From positions 1-28,233 of the IMG/VR virus record IMGVR_UViG_3300037467_001182: a stretch of DNA of 28,233 nt; one strand, written 5' to 3'. The notes beneath the pieces are model-generated. The model searched no databases and was not told where the DNA came from. It was given only the letters and a program-made list of their open reading frames with translations. Positions 17,870-27,422 of this stretch are shown in pieces. Positions within the stretch are counted from its first letter, which is position 1, and every line of letters starts with the position of its first letter. Source of the DNA: a virus. Lineage: Duplodnaviria > Caudoviricetes. The translations under genes were made by a program, and so were the position numbers.

Positions 17870-19245
17870 TGGTCGCAGTCTCGTTTGGATACTCTAGCGG
17901 CGGCTCGGGAACCGGCTTTTACCGGAACCAGCAGTTTGCTACTTATGTAGTCAACGATACCGGAGTAGACGTCTACGTTAGCTCAATCGAAATGAGGAAC
18001 GTTAGCGTTGCTCGCACCGGCACCTGTCAAATTGCTCTCTACAATGATCCACTAGAGAATGGTGTTGCCCCTGGCGCAATCAGCGGACTTACGGCTACCA
18101 AAGCCTCACTGACTGTGGGAACCAATACCTTTACTATCTCGGGTGACCCCATTTGCGTTGCTGCTGGTGCAGGCGTATGGGTCGCATGGCGCGGACCACA
18201 GTTGGACCTGAGTCCCTATACGATTAGCGGTATCACAGTCCAGAACAATGCGGATAATGCGTCGAGTGGCGATGCGTTCCCAACTCGGTGGACGATGGGG
18301 ACCGCTTACAATAGGATGCTCCCGGTTCGGCTGATCGGTGATACCGTCGGCCCCGGTGACCCCACAAACCTTCGTGCAAACTATGCGATGGCCGAGATTG
18401 CGACTGAGGGTAACTCAAAGTCCCGCGTGGACTACGCCTTCGCTCAGCCCCTCGCCGAGGGCTACTCGAAGATCCGCGCTGACTACGTTCTAGGTCAGCC
18501 CCTGTGCGAGGGCTATTCCCATATCCGTGTCTGTTGCAGTTTCGCTCAAGCTCTATTTCCTGTTGGTCCGGAGGCCTATATGTCAACTACACCGTTCCCC
18601 GGGTTTGGTAACTCCACGACCAATCCCGCGATCCCCGCCGGTAAGGATCCTTTCAACTCGGCTCTGCCGGGTTTGACGTTCGACATCAGCAAGCGTCCCG
18701 CTTTCAAGACTCGTATCTCAGAGTCACCAAGCGGTATGGAGGTTCGCAACTCGCTGACCGAATACCCGCGCTGGGACTTCGAGCTCAATTATGAGTTTCT
18801 CGAAGACCGCACCGGCGCAAACTCTTCGCTCAAGACGATCATGGGCTTCTTCCTCCAGATGCGTGGATCCTATGACTCTTGGTTGTTCAAGGACCCGGAT
18901 GACTATCAAGCTACGGACGTCTTGATCGGGACTGGTGATGCTGCCACTCTCGAGTTTCCTTTTGTCCGTAATATGGGCGGGTTCTACGAGCGCATCGGCC
19001 AAGTGGACACGGTGAACACCGTCAATATCTATGCCAACGGTGTTCTCGTTAATCCGGCTGACTACACGATCACCATGCCGAACCGTCTGATCTTTGATGT
19101 CGCGCCGGCAGCCGGAGTTATCATCACGGGCAGCTATCAGTACTACTTCGTCTGTCGGTTCATCGAAGATCAGATGGACTTCGAGAAGTTTGCTGACAAG
19201 CTGTGGAGTCTACAGCAGGTCGAGTTCAGGAGCATCATCGCATGA
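17869..19245 (+). CDS. Distal tail protein (DUF2460/GTA Dit-like) with an N-terminal extra domain and repeat linker
   Basis: The C-terminal half has KRPAFKTRISESPSGMEVRNS..YPRWDFELNY, FFLQMRGSYDSWLFKDPDD and FVCRF. There is an internal GGAGG-N5-ATG at 18580. Confidence 0.85.
   Translation: MVAVSFGYSSGGSGTGFYRNQQFATYVVNDTGVDVYVSSIEMRNVSVARTGTCQIALYNDPLENGVAPGAISGLTATKASLTVGTNTFTISGDPICVAAGAGVWVAWRGPQLDLSPYTISGITVQNNADNASSGDAFPTRWTMGTAYNRMLPVRLIGDTVGPGDPTNLRANYAMAEIATEGNSKSRVDYAFAQPLAEGYSKIRADYVLGQPLCEGYSHIRVCCSFAQALFPVGPEAYMSTTPFPGFGNSTTNPAIPAGKDPFNSALPGLTFDISKRPAFKTRISESPSGMEVRNSLTEYPRWDFELNYEFLEDRTGANSSLKTIMGFFLQMRGSYDSWLFKDPDDYQATDVLIGTGDAATLEFPFVRNMGGFYERIGQVDTVNTVNIYANGVLVNPADYTITMPNRLIFDVAPAAGVIITGSYQYYFVCRFIEDQMDFEKFADKLWSLQQVEFRSIIA
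18373..18555 (+). repeat. 51-bp / 17-aa tandem repeat (3 full + 1 partial unit)
   Basis: RANYAMAEIATEGNSKS / RVDYAFAQPLAEGYSKI / RADYVLGQPLCEGYSHI / RVCCSFAQAL, with units starting at 18373, 18424, 18475 and 18526. Confidence 0.85.
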
Positions 19246-20150
19246 GGACTGTCTATCCACAGCCCGGGTATACCGAAGCGGACCTTCACGCTCTGCTTGC
19301 TACTCGGCAGTTCGTCTACGCGGACGTATTTACCTTCATTCCGAAGGTTTCTCAGCCGCTATACTACACCAACGCTCAGCGCGACGTGACAGTCGTGCCG
19401 ATTGTCGGCGGACCCGGCCGGGTAACGTTCTTCGCCAATCGCGTGATCCTCACCGGTCTACGTTTCAAGACGGGCATTGGTGTCGAGGTCGATGAGCAGA
19501 ACGTCGAGATTGCATACCCAGAGACTCCTGATTTCCAGGCATACCTGACTTGGCCGGAGGCGTTGAAGCAAGGCCGTCTGGACGGTGCAACTGTTCGGCG
19601 TGATCGCTTCTTCGCTGCTAACTGGGGGTCGCCCTGGATTGCGGGATGCAAGATGTTCACGGGCATGGTTTCGAGTCTTGATAGCGTCGGCCGACAGACC
19701 GCTACCATCAACGTCAAGTCGAACCTGATCCTGCTCAACCAGCAAATGCCAAAGGACCTGTTCCAACCGATCTGCAAGCATACCTGGGCGGATGCCGGCT
19801 GTGGGCTTGATCGCTCTCTGTTCGTTGTGCAGACGACTGTCGGCTCCGGCGGCGGAGGGCCAACCCGCACGTTCATACCCTGGGCCGGTGCGGCGGATCA
19901 GTTCAACATGGGCACTACCTACATTGAAGGCGACGACAACGTTACTCGGGTTCGGACCATCCTAAAGGTGGATCCGGGAGTTGGTGTTCACCTCATCTAT
20001 CCGATTGACTTCGATCCGGTGGTGGGCTCGAACGTTTCCTTCTACCCGAATTGCCGCCGCCTGTTCGAGAACTGTGGTGACTATCACGCGGATCCGAAGA
20101 CCGCGTTCCTCGGCTTCCCGTTCGTTCCTGTGGCGGAGACCGCGGCATGA
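19242..20150 (+). CDS. Tail hub protein (DUF2163/BR0599, lambda gpL-like), probably Fe-S binding
   Basis: GVEVDEQ, GRLDGATV, CKHTWADAGC...CRRLFENC and FLGFPFVP motifs. ATGA overlap with Dit supports a start at 19242. Confidence 0.85.
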   Translation: MRTVYPQPGYTEADLHALLATRQFVYADVFTFIPKVSQPLYYTNAQRDVTVVPIVGGPGRVTFFANRVILTGLRFKTGIGVEVDEQNVEIAYPETPDFQAYLTWPEALKQGRLDGATVRRDRFFAANWGSPWIAGCKMFTGMVSSLDSVGRQTATINVKSNLILLNQQMPKDLFQPICKHTWADAGCGLDRSLFVVQTTVGSGGGGPTRTFIPWAGAADQFNMGTTYIEGDDNVTRVRTILKVDPGVGVHLIYPIDFDPVVGSNVSFYPNCRRLFENCGDYHADPKTAFLGFPFVPVAETAA

Positions 20151-20632
20151 TGGCAAATGAACTCGAACAACGTGCCAGTGTTGTGGCTGAGGCTAGGCGC
20201 TGGTCAGGCACTCCCTATCATCACCACGCGCATGTACTCGGCGCTGGTGTCGATTGCGCCCTGCTGATCCTCGAGGCGTTCGCTGGGGCCGGTCTGGAGG
20301 AGCGTTTCGACCCCGGTGCATACACCCATGACTGGCATTTGCACCGTGGCGAGGAGAAGTACCTAGATGTCGTCGAGAAGTACATGGCGCAGATCGATCC
20401 CGATGAGACACCTATCGATGTCCGTGATCTTGCCAGGTTTAACGCCCAGCCTGGCGATGTCTTGATGTTCCGTGTCGGGCGCACGTTCAGCCATGGGGCC
20501 ATCGTTACGCAGTGGCCCTTCATAATCCACGCATACTATCCTAGTAGGATGGTCGAAGAGGTGGACATACGGGGGACGCCAATGGCCGGTAGGCCGGTGC
20601 GTCTCTATTCGTATTGGGGGACAGGTCAATGA
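20147..20632 (+). CDS. NlpC/P60 tail-tip peptidase (GTA-like)
   Basis: ARRWSGTPYHH, GVDCALL, PGDVLMF, HGAIV and IIHAY supply the Cys/His/His catalytic pattern. Confidence 0.88.
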   Translation: MMANELEQRASVVAEARRWSGTPYHHHAHVLGAGVDCALLILEAFAGAGLEERFDPGAYTHDWHLHRGEEKYLDVVEKYMAQIDPDETPIDVRDLARFNAQPGDVLMFRVGRTFSHGAIVTQWPFIIHAYYPSRMVEEVDIRGTPMAGRPVRLYSYWGTGQ

Positions 20633-23298
20633 GTTTCTTCTTTGGCGGTGGCGGCAAGAAGGTCAAGCCTCAGTACACGGGGCTTGGCATTCAGACGAGC
20701 GCAAGCACCGTCGCCGTAACCATCCTCTACGGCACCAACCGCATCCCGCCGAATATCATTTGGCAAGGTGACTTCCAGGCGCACAAGCAGAAGCAGAAGG
20801 CTGGTAAAGGCGGTGGCTCGGTAACGACCTACACCTACTCGGGGTCTTACATTCTCGCACTCTGCTACGGCGAGATCAATAATGTCACTCGGGTCTGGAA
20901 GGATCAGTCGAAGGAAACGAGTTACGCGAAGCTCGGCTTCAGTCTGTTCAAGGGTACTCCCGGTCAGGCTCCCTGGGGTTACATGACGACCAAGCACCCG
21001 AGCGAAGCACTCGGCTATCCCTACATTGCATATCTCGCTGTGGCCAACTACGACCTCGGTCAGTCGAACGTGCTCGCACAACACAGCTTCCAGGTGCAAG
21101 GTAACCTGTATAACTCGGCTTCGTGGTCATCGGGTAACGCGGACGTCGCTCTCATCATAGACGACTTCCTGAATAATCCGATCTATGGAGCATGGGCAGC
21201 TAACACCGTCTCGCCGATCAATGAGGAGACGCTCTACTCTGGACCCGATGCGGGAACCACAGGTGACGCCGCCTTCCAGACGTATGCTCGAGCTATGGGC
21301 TTCGCGCTATCGCCCCCGCTGTCCGATCAGGAAGAGGCTAGCGCGATCATCAAGCGTTGGACAGACCTGTGCAACACGGCACTCGTCTGGACGGGCTATG
21401 ACCTTCGCTTCATCCCGTATGAGTCTCAGTCGATCACGGGTAACGGGGTAACCTATAACCCGGCTGATAACGTGACCGTTCGGTATAATCTCACCGACAA
21501 CGACTTCTTCTATGAAGAGGGCTCTGATCCTATCCTCCTGAAGCGAGTGGATCCTGCCGACGCCTTTAATTCTGTCAAGCTGGAGATCCGCGACGCCAAC
21601 AACGAGTATAACAACGTTCCCGCTGAGTGGCGCGACCAAGGCCTGATCGATCAGTATGGTCTGCGAGCTGCAAACAGTCAAATGGCCATTGAGATAACGA
21701 ATACTGAAATGGGTGCGGTCATGGCTGCGCTCATCGGTCAGCGCGTTGCCTATAACCGTAACAGCTTCGACTTCACGCTGACCGTTGCTCACTGCCTGAT
21801 CGAGCCGATGGATATTCTCCGTTGTTATGATCCTCGCTGGGGCTGGTTCTACGTGCGCGTCAAGACGGTCAGCGAGGATGACGAGGATCGGATCCAGATT
21901 GAAGCGGAGGAATATGCCGGCGCAACGACGAACAGCGCTCCCGGCGGAGTCTCGACGCCCGACGTTGTGAACACTCCTGTGGACACTAACGTAGACGGGG
22001 GCCCGGTCAATCCGCCGATCATCTTTGAGCCGCCTGCTGCATTGTCAGGTGCTCCTCAGATCTGGGCAGCCGTGTCAGGTGGTGACGGTACGACCGCCAA
22101 TGATAACTGGGGTGGCTGCTTCGTCTGGATCTCTACGGATAACATCACCTACAACCAAATCGGTGAGATCGATACACCTGCGCGTCAGGGTAAACTCACA
22201 GCGATCTTGCCGACCTACGGTGGTGCAAACCCGGACACCACAGGGCAGCTCAAGGTCAACATGGCTATGAGCGGTGCTGAGCTGACGAGCGCAGCCTCTG
22301 CGACGGATGCAGCGAATGGTGTGACTGTCAGCTACGTGGATGGTGAGTTGGTCTCATATCAGACCGCAACCCTGACGGGGACTGATGCCTATACGCTGAC
22401 GCAGCTCTACCGTAAGCTGTATGGTACGACGGTCGGTGCTCACGCTATCGGCACCAACTTTGCGCGTCTCGACGATGCGATCTTCAAGTATGATCTGCCG
22501 GCTGACTACATCGGTGACACACTCTACATCAAGTTCCAGAGCTACAATATCTTCGGTGGTGCGGTCGAGGACCTTGCGAGCTGTGTCGCCTACACCTATG
22601 TTCCGACCGGTATCGGCTTTGGTACAGGAGGCGCTGGCCTACCCGCTGTGCCGACTGGTCTAAGCGGTTCTGCGGGAACAACCTTCGCGAAACTGACGTG
22701 GAATGCAAACTCGACCAACGATAACGTGGTTCGCTACGACGTCTATCGGGCAACGGGCTCAGGTCAGCCGTTCGGCTCTGCGTCGAAAATCGGAAGCACG
22801 ACTGGTACCGAGTATACGGACACGGCCGTTACGGGAGGACAGGCCTATACTTATTTCGTCGTCGCGATCAACTCTGTGGGATCGGGCTCACCGACTGCCG
22901 GCATCAACCTAACGCCAACCGCGGCAGTGATCTCCTACCCCTACGGGTTTGCGTTCCAGCGCTCGATTGCGGCACTTACGGTTAGCACTGCCCAGATCTT
23001 CTTCGACTCTCCGATTGCCTACACACTCCCGGCAGGTCTTGCTGATTGCCAAGGAACGATCACGAACGATGGCTCCACAGCTGCTGTCGCTCCGACGGCT
23101 CAGACGGACTTCGATATTCAGTCACCACCGGGCACTTCGATTGGTACCATGCGCTTTGCAGCCGGGTCACTGACTGCCACGTTCATCAAGGCTTCGCAGA
23201 GCAGTATTCCGCTTGGACAGATGCTGCAGATTGTCACACCAGCTAATCTGAATGGAATGACGGGAACTCTGTCTGGCTCAATCAAGGGAACTCGCTAG
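20629..23298 (+). CDS. Central tail / host-specificity protein (gpJ/megatron-like) with an FN3 domain
   Basis: ILYGTNRIPPNIIW, ALCYGEI and DQGLIDQYGLR motifs; FN3 pattern PTGL..LTWN..YDVYR..YTDT..YTYFVVAIN. ATGA overlap supports a start at 20629. Confidence 0.85.
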   Translation: MSFFFGGGGKKVKPQYTGLGIQTSASTVAVTILYGTNRIPPNIIWQGDFQAHKQKQKAGKGGGSVTTYTYSGSYILALCYGEINNVTRVWKDQSKETSYAKLGFSLFKGTPGQAPWGYMTTKHPSEALGYPYIAYLAVANYDLGQSNVLAQHSFQVQGNLYNSASWSSGNADVALIIDDFLNNPIYGAWAANTVSPINEETLYSGPDAGTTGDAAFQTYARAMGFALSPPLSDQEEASAIIKRWTDLCNTALVWTGYDLRFIPYESQSITGNGVTYNPADNVTVRYNLTDNDFFYEEGSDPILLKRVDPADAFNSVKLEIRDANNEYNNVPAEWRDQGLIDQYGLRAANSQMAIEITNTEMGAVMAALIGQRVAYNRNSFDFTLTVAHCLIEPMDILRCYDPRWGWFYVRVKTVSEDDEDRIQIEAEEYAGATTNSAPGGVSTPDVVNTPVDTNVDGGPVNPPIIFEPPAALSGAPQIWAAVSGGDGTTANDNWGGCFVWISTDNITYNQIGEIDTPARQGKLTAILPTYGGANPDTTGQLKVNMAMSGAELTSAASATDAANGVTVSYVDGELVSYQTATLTGTDAYTLTQLYRKLYGTTVGAHAIGTNFARLDDAIFKYDLPADYIGDTLYIKFQSYNIFGGAVEDLASCVAYTYVPTGIGFGTGGAGLPAVPTGLSGSAGTTFAKLTWNANSTNDNVVRYDVYRATGSGQPFGSASKIGSTTGTEYTDTAVTGGQAYTYFVVAINSVGSGSPTAGINLTPTAAVISYPYGFAFQRSIAALTVSTAQIFFDSPIAYTLPAGLADCQGTITNDGSTAAVAPTAQTDFDIQSPPGTSIGTMRFAAGSLTATFIKASQSSIPLGQMLQIVTPANLNGMTGTLSGSIKGTR

Positions 23299-24321
23299 AT
23301 GGTTACGCTTACCGAAGGTTTTGACAGCTACTCGGGTATCGCCGGTGGGTCCGGTACGATGGACGATAATGGCTGGATCTTTCCCTCATCGACGGCTGAC
23401 CAAACCTTGTCGGCTGGTCGCTTCGGTGGCCTGTGTTACGGAAATGATACGACCGCCGGCTCCTATGGTAGCGCACAGAATGCTTATCGAGTCTTTCCCG
23501 TTGGAGTCGGCTTGGCAGGATCCTTTGGTTTTGCCTACAACGGAGGGCAGGTTAGTCGAAGGGTTCTAGCGCTTGGCCAGGCAGGCGGCTTGTCCCTTGT
23601 CTTTTGGCATGGCTCGTCGAATGATATGAACGTCTATCGAGACGACGTTGTAAATTGGCTCTGCAACTCCGGTCCTAGTTCGATCACGACTAACAACTGG
23701 TACTACATCGAAGTCGAGTTTTTGATCGCCGACGTGGGCGGCTATGTCCGTCTTTACATTGACGGCACTCTAAAGGGCAGTTTCTCCGGTGACACAATGG
23801 GTGCCTCCGTGAGCACCATGAATAGCATCCGCTTCTGGCGATACAGCGATGCTTACGACGTTTTGGTAGACGATATTTACCTAAGCGACAAGACGACTTG
23901 CCTCGGCCCTCAGCGTATTGAAACCATTCGTCCCAACGCTGACGCGGCAGTGCAATGGACGCCGAGCACGGGAACACTTAACTATGCCTGTGTGGATGAG
24001 GCAACGGTAAGCAATACCGACTACGTCTCTGGCGGCTCTGTGGGACTACAGGATCTCTATGACTTCGGGAACTTGTCAAGTACACCCGCACAGGTCAATG
24101 CCGTCAATCTGCAACTCGTTGGGTATAAGACTGACGCTGCCGCTCGAGCAATCGCTGCGGCAGTCAAGTCGGGCGGTACCACGAATGTCGGCTCCGATAA
24201 CTTCCTCACTTCGAATAATATCTTCTTCAATCGATTTATGGAAGTCAATCCCGTAACAGGTTTGCCCTGGACAGCAGCTGATGTCAATGCAATCCAGGCC
24301 GGTCCGAAGGTAACTGCATAA
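23299..24321 (+). CDS. Virion beta-sandwich (ConA/LamG-like) protein, paralog 2
   Basis: TEGFD, WYYIEV, VDDIYLSD, DLYD, VKSGG and WTAADVNAIQAGPKV align with 16751..17869. Confidence 0.65.
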   Translation: MVTLTEGFDSYSGIAGGSGTMDDNGWIFPSSTADQTLSAGRFGGLCYGNDTTAGSYGSAQNAYRVFPVGVGLAGSFGFAYNGGQVSRRVLALGQAGGLSLVFWHGSSNDMNVYRDDVVNWLCNSGPSSITTNNWYYIEVEFLIADVGGYVRLYIDGTLKGSFSGDTMGASVSTMNSIRFWRYSDAYDVLVDDIYLSDKTTCLGPQRIETIRPNADAAVQWTPSTGTLNYACVDEATVSNTDYVSGGSVGLQDLYDFGNLSSTPAQVNAVNLQLVGYKTDAAARAIAAAVKSGGTTNVGSDNFLTSNNIFFNRFMEVNPVTGLPWTAADVNAIQAGPKVTA

Positions 24322-24776
24322 TGCCCACACAAGGCCCTTTCACATGGTTTAATGAGGCTCTGGAGCACGTGGATGCTGACGAGATGGCCGCAGACAGCTT
24401 TCGCGCCATGCTCTGCACGGCTTCTCAGGTTCTCGATCCAGAGTTCGTCGGAGCGTCAGGCAACTGCACCTACGCTGACCTGACGGCCGAACTCGCAACA
24501 GCCAACGGCTATACAAATGGCGGACTACTGCTTAGCGGCGTGACCCTGTCTCGTTCAACCAATATTATCAAGTGGACTTGTAGCACTATTCAGTGGACTC
24601 TGAGTGGTAGTATTAGTTTTCGATATCTTGTAATCCGTAACGCGATTGATGGACGGCTTTTGTGTTTCTCCGATGTCTACTCAGATGGCGGGGCGGGTGT
24701 TAATCTAACAGCATCACCTGGGATCCTTGGCTTTGCCCCAACTTCCGGTGGCGTTCTTTCACTTACGAGGGTATAA
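24321..24776 (+). CDS. Small fibre-associated virion protein
   Basis: 151 aa, beta-rich, with an [15 protein letters not shown] motif of a type common in phage fibre modules. TAATG coupling to the upstream gene. Confidence 0.55.
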   Translation: MPTQGPFTWFNEALEHVDADEMAADSFRAMLCTASQVLDPEFVGASGNCTYADLTAELATANGYTNGGLLLSGVTLSRSTNIIKWTCSTIQWTLSGSISFRYLVIRNAIDGRLLCFSDVYSDGGAGVNLTASPGILGFAPTSGGVLSLTRV

Positions 24777-25606
24777 TGTCTGCACTCCTGCTTAACCGAG
24801 CAAAGGTCAATACGGCAACTACGGGTACCGGTACGGTAAGTCTCGGAACCGCAGTTGTTCCTTTTACCACTTGGGCACTTGCTCAATCGAACCAGCCTTA
24901 CAGCTACCTGATTGAGGATGGTAATGATTGGGAGATTGGGTGGGGTATCTATACGCCGGGGTCACCAGCGACACTGACACGTAACCTCATCGCCTCCTCT
25001 ACCGGCTCCTTGCTCAACTTAAGCGGCACGGCCACTGTGGCTAATGTCGCGAGCAAGGATGATACGGGTCCCGCTATCCCCATTCCACAGGTTGTGGGAA
25101 ACATCGTGACACCGGACTCTTGCAGCTTCGGTACCGGAACGGCTGTCGGCCCTACGACTGAGCTTGCCTGTTACCCGTTTTCGGGTCGTATTAAGGTGGA
25201 CGCTATCGTTGTGGAAGTTGCAACGCTACTAGCGGGTAGCACTTTCCGAGCGGGTCTCTATACTCGTCACCCGATCACTGGTCTTCCTCATCTATTGATC
25301 GAAGAGGCAGCTCAAGGATCAGGCGCGTCCACGGGCCTCAAGGCTATGTTGCTCGCAGCAGCCCGGTGGCTAGATCAACCCGTCTATATTGCTTTTCAGG
25401 CAAGCACCGCGACAACCCTTGTTTTCCGCGCGGCCACCAACACGAACCAGGGTAGTGTGATCGGCTTTACGTCGATGAACACCACCGCGCCTTTTACTCG
25501 CCTTATTGCTACTCGTGCCTATGCCGCGCTGCCGAGTGATGTAAGCGGACTCACGTGGTCCGGACATGCTTCGACGTTGAACGTCGGTATGCGGATCGGC
25601 GCATAA
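24776..25606 (+). CDS. Putative fibre/spike protein with an N-terminal anchor and a C-terminal beta domain
   Basis: N-terminal [18 protein letters not shown]...[16 protein letters not shown]...[12 protein letters not shown] resembles common phage fibre anchor domains. TAATG coupling. Confidence 0.6.
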   Translation: MSALLLNRAKVNTATTGTGTVSLGTAVVPFTTWALAQSNQPYSYLIEDGNDWEIGWGIYTPGSPATLTRNLIASSTGSLLNLSGTATVANVASKDDTGPAIPIPQVVGNIVTPDSCSFGTGTAVGPTTELACYPFSGRIKVDAIVVEVATLLAGSTFRAGLYTRHPITGLPHLLIEEAAQGSGASTGLKAMLLAAARWLDQPVYIAFQASTATTLVFRAATNTNQGSVIGFTSMNTTAPFTRLIATRAYAALPSDVSGLTWSGHASTLNVGMRIGA

Positions 25607-25609
25607 AGC

Positions 25610-25936
25610 ATGGCCGGCTTTGGTCCTGTAGGCTCTAGGCCCGTTGCATCCGTTCCGGCGGGGCAGCAGGGTATTGTCTATAACATCACTACAGGCAATG
25701 CCGAGGCGTCGGGTGGTTCATATACTCTTACCTATACCTTCCCTGCTAATGCTGTCAGTCTTGTCGCTGCAGAAGTTCTACACGGTGGTGTCCCCGTTGC
25801 AACGGTTGCCCTGGTAGCGGCCGAGGTTCTTCACGGTGGACAGCCCGAGGCTAATGTCACTTTGGTTGCTATTGAGGTTCTCCGGTCTATTGCCACTGGG
25901 GGTGGTGATCCGGGGTTCGTGTCAATTCTGTGGTGA
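25610..25936 (+). CDS. Small virion protein with 17-aa repeats
   Basis: MAGFGPVGSRPVAS N-terminus followed by tandem V.LVA.EVL units. Confidence 0.65.
   Translation: MAGFGPVGSRPVASVPAGQQGIVYNITTGNAEASGGSYTLTYTFPANAVSLVAAEVLHGGVPVATVALVAAEVLHGGQPEANVTLVAIEVLRSIATGGGDPGFVSILW
25754..25888 (+). repeat. 51-bp / 17-aa tandem repeat (2 full + 1 partial unit)
   Basis: VSLVAAEVLHGGVPVAT / VALVAAEVLHGGQPEAN / VTLVAIEVLRS, with units at 25754, 25805 and 25856. Confidence 0.85.
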
Positions 25937-25951
25937 AGAAGGAGAGTGGGA

Positions 25952-26230
25952 ATGCTTAGCAAGTGGAAAGACAAGTTCGTCGAAGATTGCCGTCAGTGGT
26001 ATAAGCTCTGGTCGTCCTGGTTGGCGATCTTCTGGGCGTTCATCGTCGGCATCCTGTGGAACTACCCGGAGACTCTGCAGGAGATCGTCAATACTCTGCC
26101 CGAGCAGTACCGCGCGCCGCTCTCGCCGCTCGTCATGCTCATCGTCGGGGGACTGCCGATCCTTATCCGGATGCTGAAGCAGCAGAAGCTGATCGATCAG
26201 CTGAAAGCGGTGAGTAAGGAGAAAGAGTAA
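25952..26230 (+). CDS. Holin (two predicted TM helices)
   Basis: Two hydrophobic segments and a charged C-terminus. AAGGAG lies 7 nt before ATG 25952, and the gene is TAATG-coupled to the endolysin. Confidence 0.75.
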   Translation: MLSKWKDKFVEDCRQWYKLWSSWLAIFWAFIVGILWNYPETLQEIVNTLPEQYRAPLSPLVMLIVGGLPILIRMLKQQKLIDQLKAVSKEKE

Positions 26231-26769
26231 TGCCGTTCACTTTTCGATGGCCTGCGCCGCTGCCGGCCTGGATCGATGAGGCAATGCGTCACCGTGGTCT
26301 CAAGGAGATCCCGGGGAAGCAACACAACTCGACGATCCTCAAGTGGCTCGCCAAGCTGAAGGCATGGTGGAAGGAGGACGAGACGCCTTGGTGCGGAACG
26401 TTCGTCGCTCACTGCCTCGAGGCCGTGGGATTGCCTGTGCCGAAGCACTGGTATCGTGCAAAGGGCTACGCCGACTACGGAACCAAGGTTTCGTTCGACG
26501 TGAGTGCCTTCGTCATTCCCTTCGGGGCTATCTGCGTGAAGTCGCGCACCGGGGGAGGTCACGTCTTCTTCGCTGTCGCTCGATCCGCAGACGGCACTGT
26601 GGTCTACGGACTCGGAGGCAACCAGGGTAACATGGTCAACATCACCCCGTTCAAGGTGAAGGACATCGACCACGTTCGCTGGCCGCCGAGCAGTGCGCAG
26701 AAACTCGAGCTACCAAAAGCGACCGCAGCGGAACTCGCTGCAGCCGCGATTGGAGGAACGGAGGCTTAG
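26230..26769 (+). CDS. Endolysin, TIGR02594-like (NlpC/P60/CHAP-type)
   Basis: GLKEIPG, DETPWCGTFV, GGGHVFF and LGGNQGN motifs; follows the holin gene. Confidence 0.85.
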   Translation: MPFTFRWPAPLPAWIDEAMRHRGLKEIPGKQHNSTILKWLAKLKAWWKEDETPWCGTFVAHCLEAVGLPVPKHWYRAKGYADYGTKVSFDVSAFVIPFGAICVKSRTGGGHVFFAVARSADGTVVYGLGGNQGNMVNITPFKVKDIDHVRWPPSSAQKLELPKATAAELAAAAIGGTEA

Positions 26770-27422
26770 CCGATTACAGTTGAGCTGCCGCTGAGGAACA
26801 TCGTTCTTCGGCGCAGGGGTGGGCCCGGACTGAACTGTCCCTCCGGTCCGGGTCCCACTTCATAGTCGTACTGCTTGAACGCTTCTTCAAGCTTGCGGGA
26901 CATTTCGAGAGCATCCTCATGTTGGCGCATTTCCGCCTCGAGGTCCTTCTTCGCATCGCGCAGAGCATCGCCCACAGGATCCTCGTCGGTCTTGGACTTG
27001 AACCGCTTGAGCAGCTTCTCGGTGCGCTTCAGCTTGCGCTCAGTCTCGCGCCTCATCGCCTCGACCTGTCGCCGTCCCTCGTAGATCGTGAGCAGCACCT
27101 TCTGCTTCACATCATCCCAGTCAGGATCATCTGTGGAGCCGTCAGGACGTTGCGCTGTGACGATTGCGCGCACTGTCTGAGCGATCATCTGACGAACAGC
27201 CTCGGGCGTCACAGGCGACTCGTCGATGCGCCCAGTTTCGTCATATCGCTTGCGACGTTCAGGATTGCTCAAGACGTCATAGGCGAGCTTGATCTCTTCG
27301 AACTTCGCACGATCACCACCGGGCTTGTCAGGATGGTACTCCTGCGACAAGGTGCGGTAGGCGGACTTGATGTTCTTCAGCGTTGCGTTACGCTCGACGC
27401 TGAGGACTGAGTACGGGTTCAT
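26766..27422 (-). CDS. J-domain (DnaJ class C) protein
   Basis: NPYSVLSV...IKSAYRTLSQEYHPDK...AYDVLSNPERRKRYDETG with an intact HPD motif, followed by a coiled coil. Confidence 0.9.
   Translation of the reverse strand: MNPYSVLSVERNATLKNIKSAYRTLSQEYHPDKPGGDRAKFEEIKLAYDVLSNPERRKRYDETGRIDESPVTPEAVRQMIAQTVRAIVTAQRPDGSTDDPDWDDVKQKVLLTIYEGRRQVEAMRRETERKLKRTEKLLKRFKSKTDEDPVGDALRDAKKDLEAEMRQHEDALEMSRKLEEAFKQYDYEVGPGPEGQFSPGPPLRRRTMFLSGSSTVIG

Noticed and set aside
25946-25954. Lambda S-like dual-start holin/antiholin (GTG-GGA-ATG)
   Set aside because: The GTG is only 1 nt from the AAGGAG, and the extension adds no positive charge.
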